Below are positions 18,522-28,286 of a stretch of 43,910 nucleotides of DNA, in pieces. Under the pieces are notes generated by a model. The model had not been told where the DNA came from, made no database searches, and saw nothing but the letters and a program-made list of their open reading frames with translations. Each line of letters opens with the position of its first letter. The stretch's first letter is position 1. The stretch spans positions 1 through 43,910 of the forward strand of contig CAYWPT010000004.1 in assembly GCA_964460605.1 (NCBI GenBank). Reading direction: 5' to 3'. A program made the position numbers and the translations under genes. The DNA comes from an uncultured Methanosarcinales archaeon (lineage in GTDB: Archaea; Nanobdellota; Nanobdellia; Woesearchaeales; GW2011-AR9).

Positions 18522-19121
18522 TTAATGATAATCTACATTTCTTGATTGAATTGCACCAGTATTTTGATATAAATGTAATAAAACCCTAGAATTAAAAGGG
18601 TCTTTTAACCAATTTGAAAAACTTTCCCTGTCTGCTGCTGATACATCCCTTAAGTTTTGAGATCCATTACTCATCACATATTCTGTCATCATGGTATGTA
18701 CAGTGTTTTCTGCCTGACCATGAGACATTGCTGCTGAGTTTGATGTAGTATTTGAAGCCTGGTAAGCTTCGTTATCAAAATTTTGTTTATACACATTAGA
18801 TTCTACTTCTGTACTAAAAGAATTATTTGCACTTGTTTGTGTTTGAGGTCCTTGCGCATAGTCTGTTTGAGCAAAGCGGTCTGCGTTTGTAAAACCATAA
18901 CTGATGTCATCTGTATTTGTCTCTTTTGTTTCTTCAGATTCTTCCTCAGCTAGATCTTCCAAGTGTTTATCTCCTAGTGTTTCTTCTTTCTCTTCCTTTG
19001 CTTCAGAGAGTAATTTTTTTTCTAATTTAGATAAAGCATCCTCTTCTGCTACCATCTCCTTTACTTTAGGTAAAGTAATAGGTCCAACTAGTCCAATTCC
19101 AAGATTATCTAAAATTACCAT
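18522..19121 (-). CDS. Hypothetical acidic, low-complexity protein
   Basis: 199-aa ORF directly downstream of proS. Confidence 0.65.
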   Translation of the reverse strand: MVILDNLGIGLVGPITLPKVKEMVAEEDALSKLEKKLLSEAKEEKEETLGDKHLEDLAEEESEETKETNTDDISYGFTNADRFAQTDYAQGPQTQTSANNSFSTEVESNVYKQNFDNEAYQASNTTSNSAAMSHGQAENTVHTMMTEYVMSNGSQNLRDVSAADRESFSNWLKDPFNSRVLLHLYQNTGAIQSRNVDYH

Positions 19122-19147
19122 GTTCTAAATTAAGCCCACCCCTGAGC

Positions 19148-20614
19148 TTAGTAACTTTTACCTAAATAAAAGTATTTTTGTGCTTTTTCCTTGCAAACAA
19201 AACATTTCTGATCTGCTTTCATCTTTGGCTGTTTGAAAGGTGCGTTAAGTGATTTTGCACCACCTGTTTCTTCTTTGAAATGTTCTTCACATTCAGGAAG
19301 CGCGCACCAAGGAGCAAATACCATTTTTTTCTCTTTGTTGATCTCTTTTTTAGCTTCTGCTAAAGTTGTTACTTCAACAACACTTTCCTTAAGATGTTTG
19401 TTTGCTTTTTTGTATAAGTTATCATGCATTGCATCTAATTGTTTTGCAACTTCTACTTCTATATCTTTGATTTTTACTGCTTTTTTATTATTAGTATCTC
19501 TTCTCGTGATAACTACTTCCCCTTTTTCTAGATCTCTTGGTCCAATTTCTATTCTAAGTGGGGTTCCTTTTGTTTCCCACTCATTAAATTTCCAGCCAGG
19601 AGAGTATTTATCTCTGTCATCAACATGTACCCTGTGATTTTTTGCTAGTTTTTCTTCAATAGCGTCTACTTCTTTCATTACTTGAGTTTTTGTTTTATCA
19701 AATAAAATTGGAATAATGACTACTTGTTCTTGAGCAATCTTTGGAGGTAGTACTAAACCTTTATCGTCAGAGTGCATCATAATTACTACACCAATAGTTC
19801 TTGTTGAAAATCCCCATGAATTTTGCCAAACATGTTCTTTTTTACCTTCATTGTTTGTAAAAGAAATATTGAAAGCTTTTTTTCTTGAAAAATTTTGACC
19901 CAAGTGGTGTGAAGTACAGCCTTGGATTGCTTTTCCATTAGGGAAAAATGATTCTAATGACAAAGTATAATCTGCACCTGCAAACTTTTCTTTCTCTGAT
20001 TTCCTTCCAGCTAAAACAGGAATTGCTAAAAGTTCTTTGAATGTTTGTTCATAGAATTTAAGTATGGTGTGTGTCTCATTCATTGCATCTTTTTGCTCAG
20101 CAAATGCGGTATGACCTTCTTGCCATAAGAATTCTCTTGAACGTAAGAAAGGAGTACAATGTTTAAATTCCCACCTTACTACATTACACCATTGGTTTAA
20201 TCTGATCGGAAGATCTTTGTAAGAGCGCACCCATTTTCCATAAGCATCATACATAATTGTCTCTGAAGTTGGTCGTACTGCTAAACGTTCTTTTAATTTA
20301 GTGTTTCCACCATGTTCAACCCAAGCAACTTCAGGAGCAAAACCTTCAACGTGGCTTGATTCCTTTTGTAGTAATGATTCTGGGATGAATAATGGAAAAT
20401 AAGCATTTTTTACACCATCTTCTTTGAATTTTTTATCTAAAAAGTTTTTTATTTCTTCCCAGATGAAAAATGATCTCGGCCTTAAGATATAACAACCTGA
20501 AACAGGACTGTACTCAATTAATTCTGCTTTTTGAATAATCTGCGTAAACCATTCAGAGGCATCTTGCTCTCTAGTAATGGTTAATCCTTGAGTTACTTTT
20601 TTACCTTTTGACAT
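19148..20614 (-). CDS. proS: Proline--tRNA ligase (archaeal/eukaryote type)
   Basis: 'RPTSET', 'QWCNVVRWE...FLRSREFLWQEGHT', 'SWGFSTR', C-terminal Zn domain. Confidence 0.97.
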   Translation of the reverse strand: MSKGKKVTQGLTITREQDASEWFTQIIQKAELIEYSPVSGCYILRPRSFFIWEEIKNFLDKKFKEDGVKNAYFPLFIPESLLQKESSHVEGFAPEVAWVEHGGNTKLKERLAVRPTSETIMYDAYGKWVRSYKDLPIRLNQWCNVVRWEFKHCTPFLRSREFLWQEGHTAFAEQKDAMNETHTILKFYEQTFKELLAIPVLAGRKSEKEKFAGADYTLSLESFFPNGKAIQGCTSHHLGQNFSRKKAFNISFTNNEGKKEHVWQNSWGFSTRTIGVVIMMHSDDKGLVLPPKIAQEQVVIIPILFDKTKTQVMKEVDAIEEKLAKNHRVHVDDRDKYSPGWKFNEWETKGTPLRIEIGPRDLEKGEVVITRRDTNNKKAVKIKDIEVEVAKQLDAMHDNLYKKANKHLKESVVEVTTLAEAKKEINKEKKMVFAPWCALPECEEHFKEETGGAKSLNAPFKQPKMKADQKCFVCKEKAQKYFYLGKSY

Positions 20615-20653
20615 AGAAATAGAAGATTCTACTTATTTTTATAAAACTTTGGT

Positions 20654-21346
20654 CTAAGCATGCTGGCCTAGTTCAGATCCTAAGGTTAATCTTACCCTCT
20701 TAGCTTCTAATTTAGCCATCTCTTCTCTTGCAGTCAAGCCTTCTTGAGGTACAGGCACATATTCAGGAGCTATCCCATCAGAATCAGAAACATCATAACG
20801 ACCTTCTAAAACTGGTTCTCTCTCAAGCCAAAATCTTGCAGCTACACTTGGTTCTCTGTGTCCTGCAATAGAAGACATAATTGAAGAAGCAACCCTTCTC
20901 CTATATGCTCCCAATTTCCCAATAGTTTCTTTAAACCTTTTTGAAGAAAAACCACCGTGTTCTTCTTCATCAAATCTATCTACAAGAGTAACCCTTCCAG
21001 TTAAAGGAGACCTTCTATAATTAAAACGAAGCTCAACATTATTACTTGGTTCATATCCATCTCTTGCAGTCAGAGGAACAGTATGACTTTGTATCTCTGG
21101 CCTTAGTAGATTACCCCAAGGTGTGAAGGTTCTTAGGAACCATTTTTTTGCATTGAAAGAAGGCATAATTGGTCCAGGAGCGCTCAATTGTGCATTCGAT
21201 AAAGCAGTAGCTAATTCACCTAAATGCATAGCCGAGATCACTACTTCTTCTCCCCTGAAAAGATTAATAGTTCTCCCCCTAATTGATGCAGAAGACATAG
21301 CATAATTGCTTCCGATTAGAATTTTGGGAAGATTATAAGAATTCAT
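20654..21346 (-). CDS. Hypothetical protein
   Basis: 230-aa ORF with upstream TTTAAATA; no motif recognised. Confidence 0.6.
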   Translation of the reverse strand: MNSYNLPKILIGSNYAMSSASIRGRTINLFRGEEVVISAMHLGELATALSNAQLSAPGPIMPSFNAKKWFLRTFTPWGNLLRPEIQSHTVPLTARDGYEPSNNVELRFNYRRSPLTGRVTLVDRFDEEEHGGFSSKRFKETIGKLGAYRRRVASSIMSSIAGHREPSVAARFWLEREPVLEGRYDVSDSDGIAPEYVPVPQEGLTAREEMAKLEAKRVRLTLGSELGQHA

Positions 21347-21471
21347 ACAGAAAAGGAAGTAGTTTTTCTATTTAAATATTTTGTTTTCGACGTGAAAAAA
21401 ATCTATTGAAAAGAAGTTATTTAGAAAAAAGAGATATCCAAAAAATATGAAAAAAGAAAAAGAAAAAAAAC

Positions 21472-21520
21472 CTTGCCGGAAGTGCAAAGGGGTGGTTGTT
21501 AGAAACAGCTACCCGGCAAG
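21472..21520. terminator. GC-rich stem-loop downstream of ftsZ with T-runs on both strands
   Basis: CTTGCCG...CGGCAAG outer stem and GGTGGTTGTT-AGA-AACAGCTACC inner stem; long T-run follows on the minus strand. Confidence 0.55.
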
Positions 21521-21535
21521 ACTTTTTCTAAGGTT

Positions 21536-22609
21536 TTAAACTAATTCAATGCCTAATTCGTTTGTTAGGCTTTGAGCTCTTTTCTGAGCTTTTTGTTGAT
21601 CAACTTTTCCAAGGATCCAAGGCGAGTTTACCCCAGTAATGATAGTCATTACAGTTACTTTTCCCTTCATGTTTTCGTCAACTCTTGCTCCCCAGATCAC
21701 GTTTGCGTCTTCATCCAAACTTTCGGTGATTAATTCACCTATGTTACTGATTTCCTGTAAAGTTAAGTCAGGACCACCAGTTACGTGGATTAATGCCCCT
21801 GTTGCCCCCTGGTAATCAATATCTAAAAGAGGGTTTCCAAGTGCACCACGTACAGCTTCTTCAATTCTGCTATTGGTGTCTGAACTTCCTACACCAATTG
21901 CTGCCACTCCACCATTGGTCATAATTGCACGTACATCTGCGTAATCTAAGTTTACTAAACTCGGTACTGCAATGGTTTCTACAATTCCTTTGATCATTGT
22001 TGCGATTAGTTCATTTGCTACAGCAAAAGCTTGTTTAATTGGTAAATTTCCTGCAATTTGTACTAATCTATTGTTATCAATTACAATAACAGTATCTGAC
22101 ACTTGTCTTAGTTGTTGTAGACCAAATTCAGCCTTATCACATCGAGCTTTCTCAATGTTGAAGGGCATGGTTACAGTTCCAATAACAATTGCTCCAGTAT
22201 CTTTAGCTACTTGAGCTACAACAGGTGCTGCACCAGTTCCAGTTCCACCACCCATACCAGCACATACAAATACCATGTCTGATGTTTTGAGTGATTCTTT
22301 AATTCTCATTAAACTTTCTTGAGCCGCTTCTGCACCTTTACTAGGATATCCACCACATCCTAAACCACGAGTACAATCCTTACCAATTAAGAACTTTTGA
22401 TCAGCCCCAGTAATAGTTAAATGTTGATGGTCTGTGTTAGTTGCAATAATTTCTGCACCTTTGATGCCTTTTTTGTAAAGCCACCCTACCATATTGTTAC
22501 CTGCTCCACCAACACCAATAACTTTGATGTTTGCCTGTGACATGTTTTCAAAGTTGTCTTCAGGCGCTGTGCTTTGATTATTCAAAGCATTTTCTACAAT
22601 AAATTCCAT
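21536..22609 (-). CDS. ftsZ: Cell division protein FtsZ
   Basis: GVGGAGNN, GMGGGTGTG, NLDYADV; start moved to ATG 22609 (MEFIVE), which follows a GAGGTG RBS. Confidence 0.97.
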   Translation of the reverse strand: MEFIVENALNNQSTAPEDNFENMSQANIKVIGVGGAGNNMVGWLYKKGIKGAEIIATNTDHQHLTITGADQKFLIGKDCTRGLGCGGYPSKGAEAAQESLMRIKESLKTSDMVFVCAGMGGGTGTGAAPVVAQVAKDTGAIVIGTVTMPFNIEKARCDKAEFGLQQLRQVSDTVIVIDNNRLVQIAGNLPIKQAFAVANELIATMIKGIVETIAVPSLVNLDYADVRAIMTNGGVAAIGVGSSDTNSRIEEAVRGALGNPLLDIDYQGATGALIHVTGGPDLTLQEISNIGELITESLDEDANVIWGARVDENMKGKVTVMTIITGVNSPWILGKVDQQKAQKRAQSLTNELGIELV

Positions 22610-22980
22610 TTTCTTTCCACCTCTATATGTTCTGGCACCCCTCAACCCAGATTTTTAAAGTCTGGATGTTTTCACATTGCTGAAACTATATACTCTAGCA
22701 TGTAAATCATTATATACCAGTTGAACATTATATTTTCTATCACGCTAATTACTAACGTGCATACTACCGACTAATACATACAAGAAATTGCGTAACTGAC
22801 ATTACTACTGACAAATACTACCGAAACGAAACTTTAAATTCACACGACTTATTTTCTTCGAACAGAGTTCGAGTAATTAAAACTGACAATACTAAGAATA
22901 ATAAACTTCTATTTAAATGTGATTGAGTACTTAAAGATAGTTAATAACCATTAATATCTGTATTCTATCAACGCTAAAAC

Positions 22981-23709
22981 TTATTTTGGCCCATGATTTT
23001 GTTTTTTAGAAAGTTTTCTTAATTTCTCTTTTACTTTAGTTCTAAAACCATTAGGATGAAGTTGTAATTTTTCTTTAATATGTTCTACACCTGCGCCAAA
23101 ATCATCTTTTACTTGTTTTAAATTCCCTGCCAAATTTTCAGCAGGTATTTTGTAATACCAATTTGAAAAATCTTCAATTGTTCCACCCCAACCATTGAGA
23201 AATACCACCCCTTCTAAAGGAAATTTTGGAGGTTTATTTGGTACATGTTTAGGATGACCAATGGCAATAATAGCTTGGGGCCTTATATGAGGAGGAATGG
23301 CAAAGGTATCTTTTAATTGTGGCTCATCAAAAGCACCAATCCATCGAGAAGCTAAACCTAAAGAATGTGCTTCAAGCATCATATTTTGAATTGCTGCTGC
23401 ACAATTTTGAATAGTATATAATTTAGAACCACGAATACCATAATATCTTTCTGCCTTTTCAGGGTCTCCGCAGACGATAACCAAAGCAAAAGCATTTGCA
23501 ATTTCATATTGTTGATGAGCAATTTCTGCAAGAGTGTGTTTTTTATCACCATCAGTTACTACAATAAATTTCCAATTTTGTAAATTTCCTGAACTTGGAG
23601 CATACCTAGCAGCATCAATGCATTTACTAATTTTCTCCCAACTTACCGGTTTTGGATAAAATTCCTCTACATTTCTCCTTGTTTTTATTAATTCTAGAAT
23701 ATCTCCCAT
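22981..23709 (-). CDS. Nitroreductase family protein
   Basis: 'IKTRRNV..F', 'APSSGNLQNWKF', 'AAIQNMMLEAHSLGL..WIG'. Confidence 0.9.
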   Translation of the reverse strand: MGDILELIKTRRNVEEFYPKPVSWEKISKCIDAARYAPSSGNLQNWKFIVVTDGDKKHTLAEIAHQQYEIANAFALVIVCGDPEKAERYYGIRGSKLYTIQNCAAAIQNMMLEAHSLGLASRWIGAFDEPQLKDTFAIPPHIRPQAIIAIGHPKHVPNKPPKFPLEGVVFLNGWGGTIEDFSNWYYKIPAENLAGNLKQVKDDFGAGVEHIKEKLQLHPNGFRTKVKEKLRKLSKKQNHGPK

Positions 23710-23761
23710 CTCTTTAAGCTAGAAGACTTTGTGCCTTTTTATATTTTACCTTAATTGAGAA

Positions 23762-24016
23762 TTACTTTTTAGAAAAACTAGCAGTCAGACCCATTACTTC
23801 CACTAAGTTAGCATTAATTGATTCTGCTAATTCTAAAGCAACTTCTTTTTTATTTTTACCATCTATGAAACTTCTTAAGAATCTTACTTTGATCATTCTT
23901 CTTTTCTTAAAAGCAGTTCTAATCTGTAGAATTACATTATCATTAATTCCATGCTTACCAATAATTACAATAGGGTCTAAAGTTCTAGATACTAATTTAA
24001 GTTTTTTTGATACCAT
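23762..24016 (-). CDS. YhbY/CRM-domain RNA-binding protein
   Basis: 'LDPIVIIGKHGI', 'MIKVRFL'; likely start ATG 24016. Confidence 0.85.
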   Translation of the reverse strand: MVSKKLKLVSRTLDPIVIIGKHGINDNVILQIRTAFKKRRMIKVRFLRSFIDGKNKKEVALELAESINANLVEVMGLTASFSKK

Positions 24017-24039
24017 AAAAATAAGAAAAAATAACCACA

Positions 24040-25224
24040 CTAAAAATCTTTTGGTAAAATACTGCTAAAAACATCATCCACTTCATCTTTGTCTTCATCT
24101 TCATCACATAAATCTTTTTTAAGATCTTCATAACCCTCAGTAGTTCTACGACCACAAAAAAGATTAGTTAAATCATCATTATTAATTGTCCCTTTATTTT
24201 GTCTTATAAGGCTTGCAGCAAGATCAGCAAGATTTGAAAAACTTCCGGGAAAATGTTCTACTCCCTGTTCAGGATCACAAAAAGGATTTTCCCCATTATC
24301 TTCTTCACATTCAGCTTCAAGAGTGTCATAATATGCATTAACACAACCTTCAATATCAACAGTAGGTTCATTATCAAAAAAATTGAAACCAGAATTTGCA
24401 AGTGATGGACCCATTGAAACCGCAAAAGCTCCTAAAAACATTGAAATCTGAGCAGCTCTATAACCCGCATTAGCAAGAAAACCTCTAGGAACTAAATCTC
24501 TAGGACTAGATAGATCATCAGTTATTACATAATCAAGATAAACTACATTACTACCCTCATTAGTTTCAGAAACAACATCATCTAAAGGTGTGTTGTTAAA
24601 ATCATCAAGGCCTTCATTAAAAAATGAGTATCCTTGACCATTATCTAAAAGTGAGGTACAAGGAATCGCTTGTTTAGAGTCTTGTGAATTTGTAGAATCA
24701 TCATCTAATCGAGATTCATATTCACCATCACTCTCAAAAACAGTTGTATCTAAATCTGTTTTAGAAGGGGTATAACCACTATTAGCAGGAAAATCATGAA
24801 CAACAATACCACTATAATCATCATCTTGAACTGGTCTTTCTTTTTCATTCCTAGTTTTAAAAAGAGTTGTAAATTTTGAGCTAATAGAACTTTCGTCTAC
24901 ATAAGTGTTACTCCTTTCATTACGACGATTAACCCTTGAAGAAAGGTCTTCATAAACACTTTTAAGTCTTAAAGCGTCTTCATCATTTAAATCTTCTAAT
25001 TCAGAAGAATACTCATCAATTATTTTTTCAACATTCCTTACTCTATCACGGAGAAACCAATTATTATTAACTTTACTAGTATCTTCCTCAACTTCGAAAT
25101 CACCTACTAAAGAAAAAGAAGAGGCATAATTATTTTGTAAATGTTTTACATTTTTACCTAAAGCTATATCTTTAATAAGGTCTATGATTTTATTACTTTG
25201 ACTACTATATTGATTATTTTGCAT
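24040..25224 (-). CDS. Acidic single-pass membrane protein with Cys-containing C-terminal domain
   Basis: Hydrophobic 'ISMFLGAFAVSMG' segment; D/E-rich; third gene of a co-oriented run. Confidence 0.7.
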   Translation of the reverse strand: MQNNQYSSQSNKIIDLIKDIALGKNVKHLQNNYASSFSLVGDFEVEEDTSKVNNNWFLRDRVRNVEKIIDEYSSELEDLNDEDALRLKSVYEDLSSRVNRRNERSNTYVDESSISSKFTTLFKTRNEKERPVQDDDYSGIVVHDFPANSGYTPSKTDLDTTVFESDGEYESRLDDDSTNSQDSKQAIPCTSLLDNGQGYSFFNEGLDDFNNTPLDDVVSETNEGSNVVYLDYVITDDLSSPRDLVPRGFLANAGYRAAQISMFLGAFAVSMGPSLANSGFNFFDNEPTVDIEGCVNAYYDTLEAECEEDNGENPFCDPEQGVEHFPGSFSNLADLAASLIRQNKGTINNDDLTNLFCGRRTTEGYEDLKKDLCDEDEDKDEVDDVFSSILPKDF

Positions 25225-25236
25225 TTTTTTACATTT

Positions 25237-25770
25237 TTATTTTAATTGATTTAATAATGGTTCTAAAAGTTGATAATATATTGCTGATCCCACTAATGCA
25301 CTCCCTACAAAATAAGTAAATGGAGAATCTAATACTCTTGAAAGTGTTTGATGTGGTGAAAAATTTAGACCATCATCTATTGAAATTGGTTCAGTAATCT
25401 CTTCTTCTAAATTAACTGCAGGAGGACATTCTATTGTAGTTTCAGATTTCCTTAAATTATATCCAGTAGCAATAATTCTTACTAATTCATCTTCTGATAC
25501 AGCTCTTGGTGCATCAGAAGAATCCTCAAATGAAACAAGATAATTTGCAATCGCTCCACCATCACTACTTAAATTTAAAAAATGAATGTCATCATAACCC
25601 AACCCACCTAATATTAAGTCTATATCTCTTGGTTTGACAACTCTTCCGACAAGGTATTCTCTATTCAAACGATCTATTAATGGTTGATATTTTTCCCTAT
25701 CTGTTTGAGGGTCATCTGTTTGAGTGAGTGCAGTTTGATCTTGACTATTAATGTGCAGTATATTATTCAT
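25237..25770 (-). CDS. Hypothetical protein with C-terminal transmembrane segment
   Basis: 'FTYFVGSALVGSAIYYQLL' near the C-terminus. Confidence 0.7.
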   Translation of the reverse strand: MNNILHINSQDQTALTQTDDPQTDREKYQPLIDRLNREYLVGRVVKPRDIDLILGGLGYDDIHFLNLSSDGGAIANYLVSFEDSSDAPRAVSEDELVRIIATGYNLRKSETTIECPPAVNLEEEITEPISIDDGLNFSPHQTLSRVLDSPFTYFVGSALVGSAIYYQLLEPLLNQLK

Positions 25771-25789
25771 TATTAAATTCCCCTAAATA

Positions 25790-27154
25790 TTAAAACCTAA
25801 TACCTAAACTCGCATTAGCTCCTACAGCACCAAGTGTAATTTCACCATTTTGAACAATGAACCCACCTTCAGCAGCTACACCAAGGTCCACATTTTCACC
25901 TAAACCAAGATTAATACCAACATTTAAAGGTTGAACATATAACCCTCCTAAACGAGCAGCACTATCTGTAAGATTTTGTTCTGCAAGATCTGCACCTGCA
26001 TAATTTTCTACAAGATTACCCCTAGCAGTACTTGAACAATCACAATCATAATGTTCACCATTGTTATTTCCACTATTAGAAAAACCAGAATATCCTGGAC
26101 TTTCAAGGAAATCTTGACCTAATGGAACAACAAAAAGGTCTACACCTGAAGATACTCTCCCAGAAAGAGATACACCTTTCCCTAATTTAGCACTAGGAGT
26201 TTCATAAGCAATATCTGCTGTAATATTTGCCCCAACAATAGTTTTTTCTAAATCTGAATCTGAAGTGATTACTGCACCGATACCCAATAAAGCACCCAAA
26301 TAACCATTATCGCCATCTTTGAATGGTGCTCTAATACCTGCTTTAATTGTAGGTAGAGCAACAACATAATCATCTTCAGAATTAGAAGCATAAACCACAC
26401 TGTTTTCTGTAGCAATTATTGCTTCAACTCCAGTTGCACTTCTATCTAAAAAATTTTCTTGATTTAAAGGAGATAAACTGTCATCTAAAGAAGCAACAGC
26501 ACTTTCTTGAACAAGACTTGGTTTTTCCGTAGCACTTGGGTCAAAAACACAAACAGCCTTAGAAATTCTTGGTTTTTCATATTGACAACCGAATACAGGT
26601 TTATGCCAATCTTCAAGAGCAACAAGTTTATCCTCACTAGCCTTATAACCATTATGGACCTCAATTTCAGGATTACTTATACAATAAAAATCATTACTCA
26701 AATCACCACCATTTGTAACTATATCAAAAGCAGCATCAATTATATTTTGGTCTGTACCTTCTGGGAATAAACTAAGCATATCCTCAGTTCCACAAGCAAC
26801 TGTTTTCTCTTCTACAGCAATTGTTTCTAAATCTAAAGACCCTCCCTCAGTTTTAACACTAGAAAAAGAAGTTGAAGTTGATTCTAAACCACTTGAACCA
26901 CTACAATCACAATCATCATTCTTATTAGAGATAAAACGACCAAGGTCTAAACCGGCTACACCACATTCTGGCATATTAGCATAAGAAGATGTATTTAAAC
27001 CATAAAGAGAACCCATAACTGCAGGTAATCCTAAACCTAATAAAAGACCAGCAGCAGTTGCACCCCTTTTTTTAATTAATTGAATTTGATTTGTTAAATT
27101 TTTGTTTTCTTCCTGAAGTCTACCAGTTAAATTATCATCATTATTATTATTCAT
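25790..27154 (-). CDS. Membrane-anchored protein with Cys-rich middle and putative C-terminal beta-barrel
   Basis: N-terminal TM; alternating hydrophobic/Gly strands in the last ~215 aa ending 'ANASLGIRF'; AGGTGA RBS. Confidence 0.7.
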   Translation of the reverse strand: MNNNNDDNLTGRLQEENKNLTNQIQLIKKRGATAAGLLLGLGLPAVMGSLYGLNTSSYANMPECGVAGLDLGRFISNKNDDCDCSGSSGLESTSTSFSSVKTEGGSLDLETIAVEEKTVACGTEDMLSLFPEGTDQNIIDAAFDIVTNGGDLSNDFYCISNPEIEVHNGYKASEDKLVALEDWHKPVFGCQYEKPRISKAVCVFDPSATEKPSLVQESAVASLDDSLSPLNQENFLDRSATGVEAIIATENSVVYASNSEDDYVVALPTIKAGIRAPFKDGDNGYLGALLGIGAVITSDSDLEKTIVGANITADIAYETPSAKLGKGVSLSGRVSSGVDLFVVPLGQDFLESPGYSGFSNSGNNNGEHYDCDCSSTARGNLVENYAGADLAEQNLTDSAARLGGLYVQPLNVGINLGLGENVDLGVAAEGGFIVQNGEITLGAVGANASLGIRF

Positions 27155-27257
27155 TTTTTCACCTTAATTAAATATTTAAACCTAAAACCATATCTTTTGT
27201 TAAAAATGTGACTTGATTTATAAATGTTCCTAGAATGGCATTACTATTAAGTAACAA

Positions 27258-27458
27258 TCAAAACAAGAAAAGGACAAATGAAATTAAAATTAATGAAATT
27301 CCAACCACTATTAATGAGTATGCTACTTTTTCTTGGATTGTGATAGTTTTAAAATTCTTTAATCTGCTAAGAACTAAATTATTATATTTAGAAAATTTTT
27401 GATTTAATTCTATAAATGATTGCTTGAGTGCCACAGTATTGAATTTAAGCTTTGCCAT
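27258..27458 (-). CDS. Small C-terminally anchored membrane protein (66 aa)
   Basis: ATG 27458 (MAKLKF...) avoids overlap with rps6e; long hydrophobic C-terminus; TTTATA upstream. Confidence 0.6.
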   Translation of the reverse strand: MAKLKFNTVALKQSFIELNQKFSKYNNLVLSRLKNFKTITIQEKVAYSLIVVGISLILISFVLFLF

Positions 27459-27510
27459 AATTGAAAGAAAGAGATAAGGATATAAAAAAGTATTGAAAAA
27501 ATAATTAAAA

Positions 27511-27957
27511 CTATTCTTTAGATTTCTCTTTAGGAGCTTCTTCAACTTTAGCTTCTTCAAACAAAGAGACAGAACCTTCTTTTACAACTTTCAGGTTAAT
27601 TTGAACAGTTTTAGTTCCTATTTCTTCACCAGCAACTGTTCGTCTTTTAATTAGACCTTTTTGTTTACGGTTTTTATTCTTTTTAGTAGACCTTTTCTTA
27701 CCTGAAAAACCTACACCTTTTCCAATCATAACTGCTTTTCTTTCTGATTGAATACCTTTTCTCATAGGGAATCCTGATTTATCAGATCCGCCACTGATTA
27801 AAAATTCATATCCTGCAAATCCAAATTGATCACCTTTGATAAGCTCACCAATTCTTTTACGCATTAAAAATTCAGCAGCATCACCAGAGATCTCTTTCTG
27901 AATGCTTTTACCATCTTTAGTGGACATTACTACTTTAAAATTTAATTCTGCTACCAT
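27511..27957 (-). CDS. rps6e: 30S ribosomal protein eS6
   Basis: 'ISGGSDKSGFPM', 'RRTVAG', 'QINLKV'. Confidence 0.95.
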   Translation of the reverse strand: MVAELNFKVVMSTKDGKSIQKEISGDAAEFLMRKRIGELIKGDQFGFAGYEFLISGGSDKSGFPMRKGIQSERKAVMIGKGVGFSGKKRSTKKNKNRKQKGLIKRRTVAGEEIGTKTVQINLKVVKEGSVSLFEEAKVEEAPKEKSKE

Positions 27958-28061
27958 ATTAATTTCTCCCCGAGAATAAAGGTTCTTTTTGAACTCAGCC
28001 CAAATAGGGTTTCTCAGCTAATATAAGCTTAATCTGTACTTCTTTTATAAATTAATCGTTC

Positions 28062-28286
28062 TTATTTAAGCACATGAATGATATTTACAGGACAATCTTT
28101 TGCTGCTTTTTCATTCTCTTCGACATCAGCATGCGTGATTTCTAGAATTTCAACTTCTTTCTTTTTATGAGAACCCTTCAGATTAGATTTACCATCTTCT
28201 TCATTCATTCCCCAAAAAGCAGGTGCTAACTCAACACAAGAATTACAACCTATACATTTGTTTCTATAATGAACTATCTTTACCAT
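28062..28286 (-). CDS. Monocluster ferredoxin
   Basis: CIGCNSC...CP; start overlaps the U32 stop. Confidence 0.9.
   Translation of the reverse strand: MVKIVHYRNKCIGCNSCVELAPAFWGMNEEDGKSNLKGSHKKKEVEILEITHADVEENEKAAKDCPVNIIHVLK

Noticed and set aside
21472-21520. SECIS element or tRNA fragment
   Set aside because: No in-frame TGA selenoprotein candidate nearby, and no cloverleaf or T-loop
22610-22645. Upstream extension of FtsZ (likewise YhbY 24017-24040 and 27459-27560)
   Set aside because: Artefacts of alternative start codons; RBS/TATA positions and overlaps favour the downstream ATGs
22761-22893. Short repeats as a degenerate CRISPR array or replication origin
   Set aside because: Units are only 10-13 nt and irregularly spaced; no ORB-like G-string or adjacent cdc6/orc1
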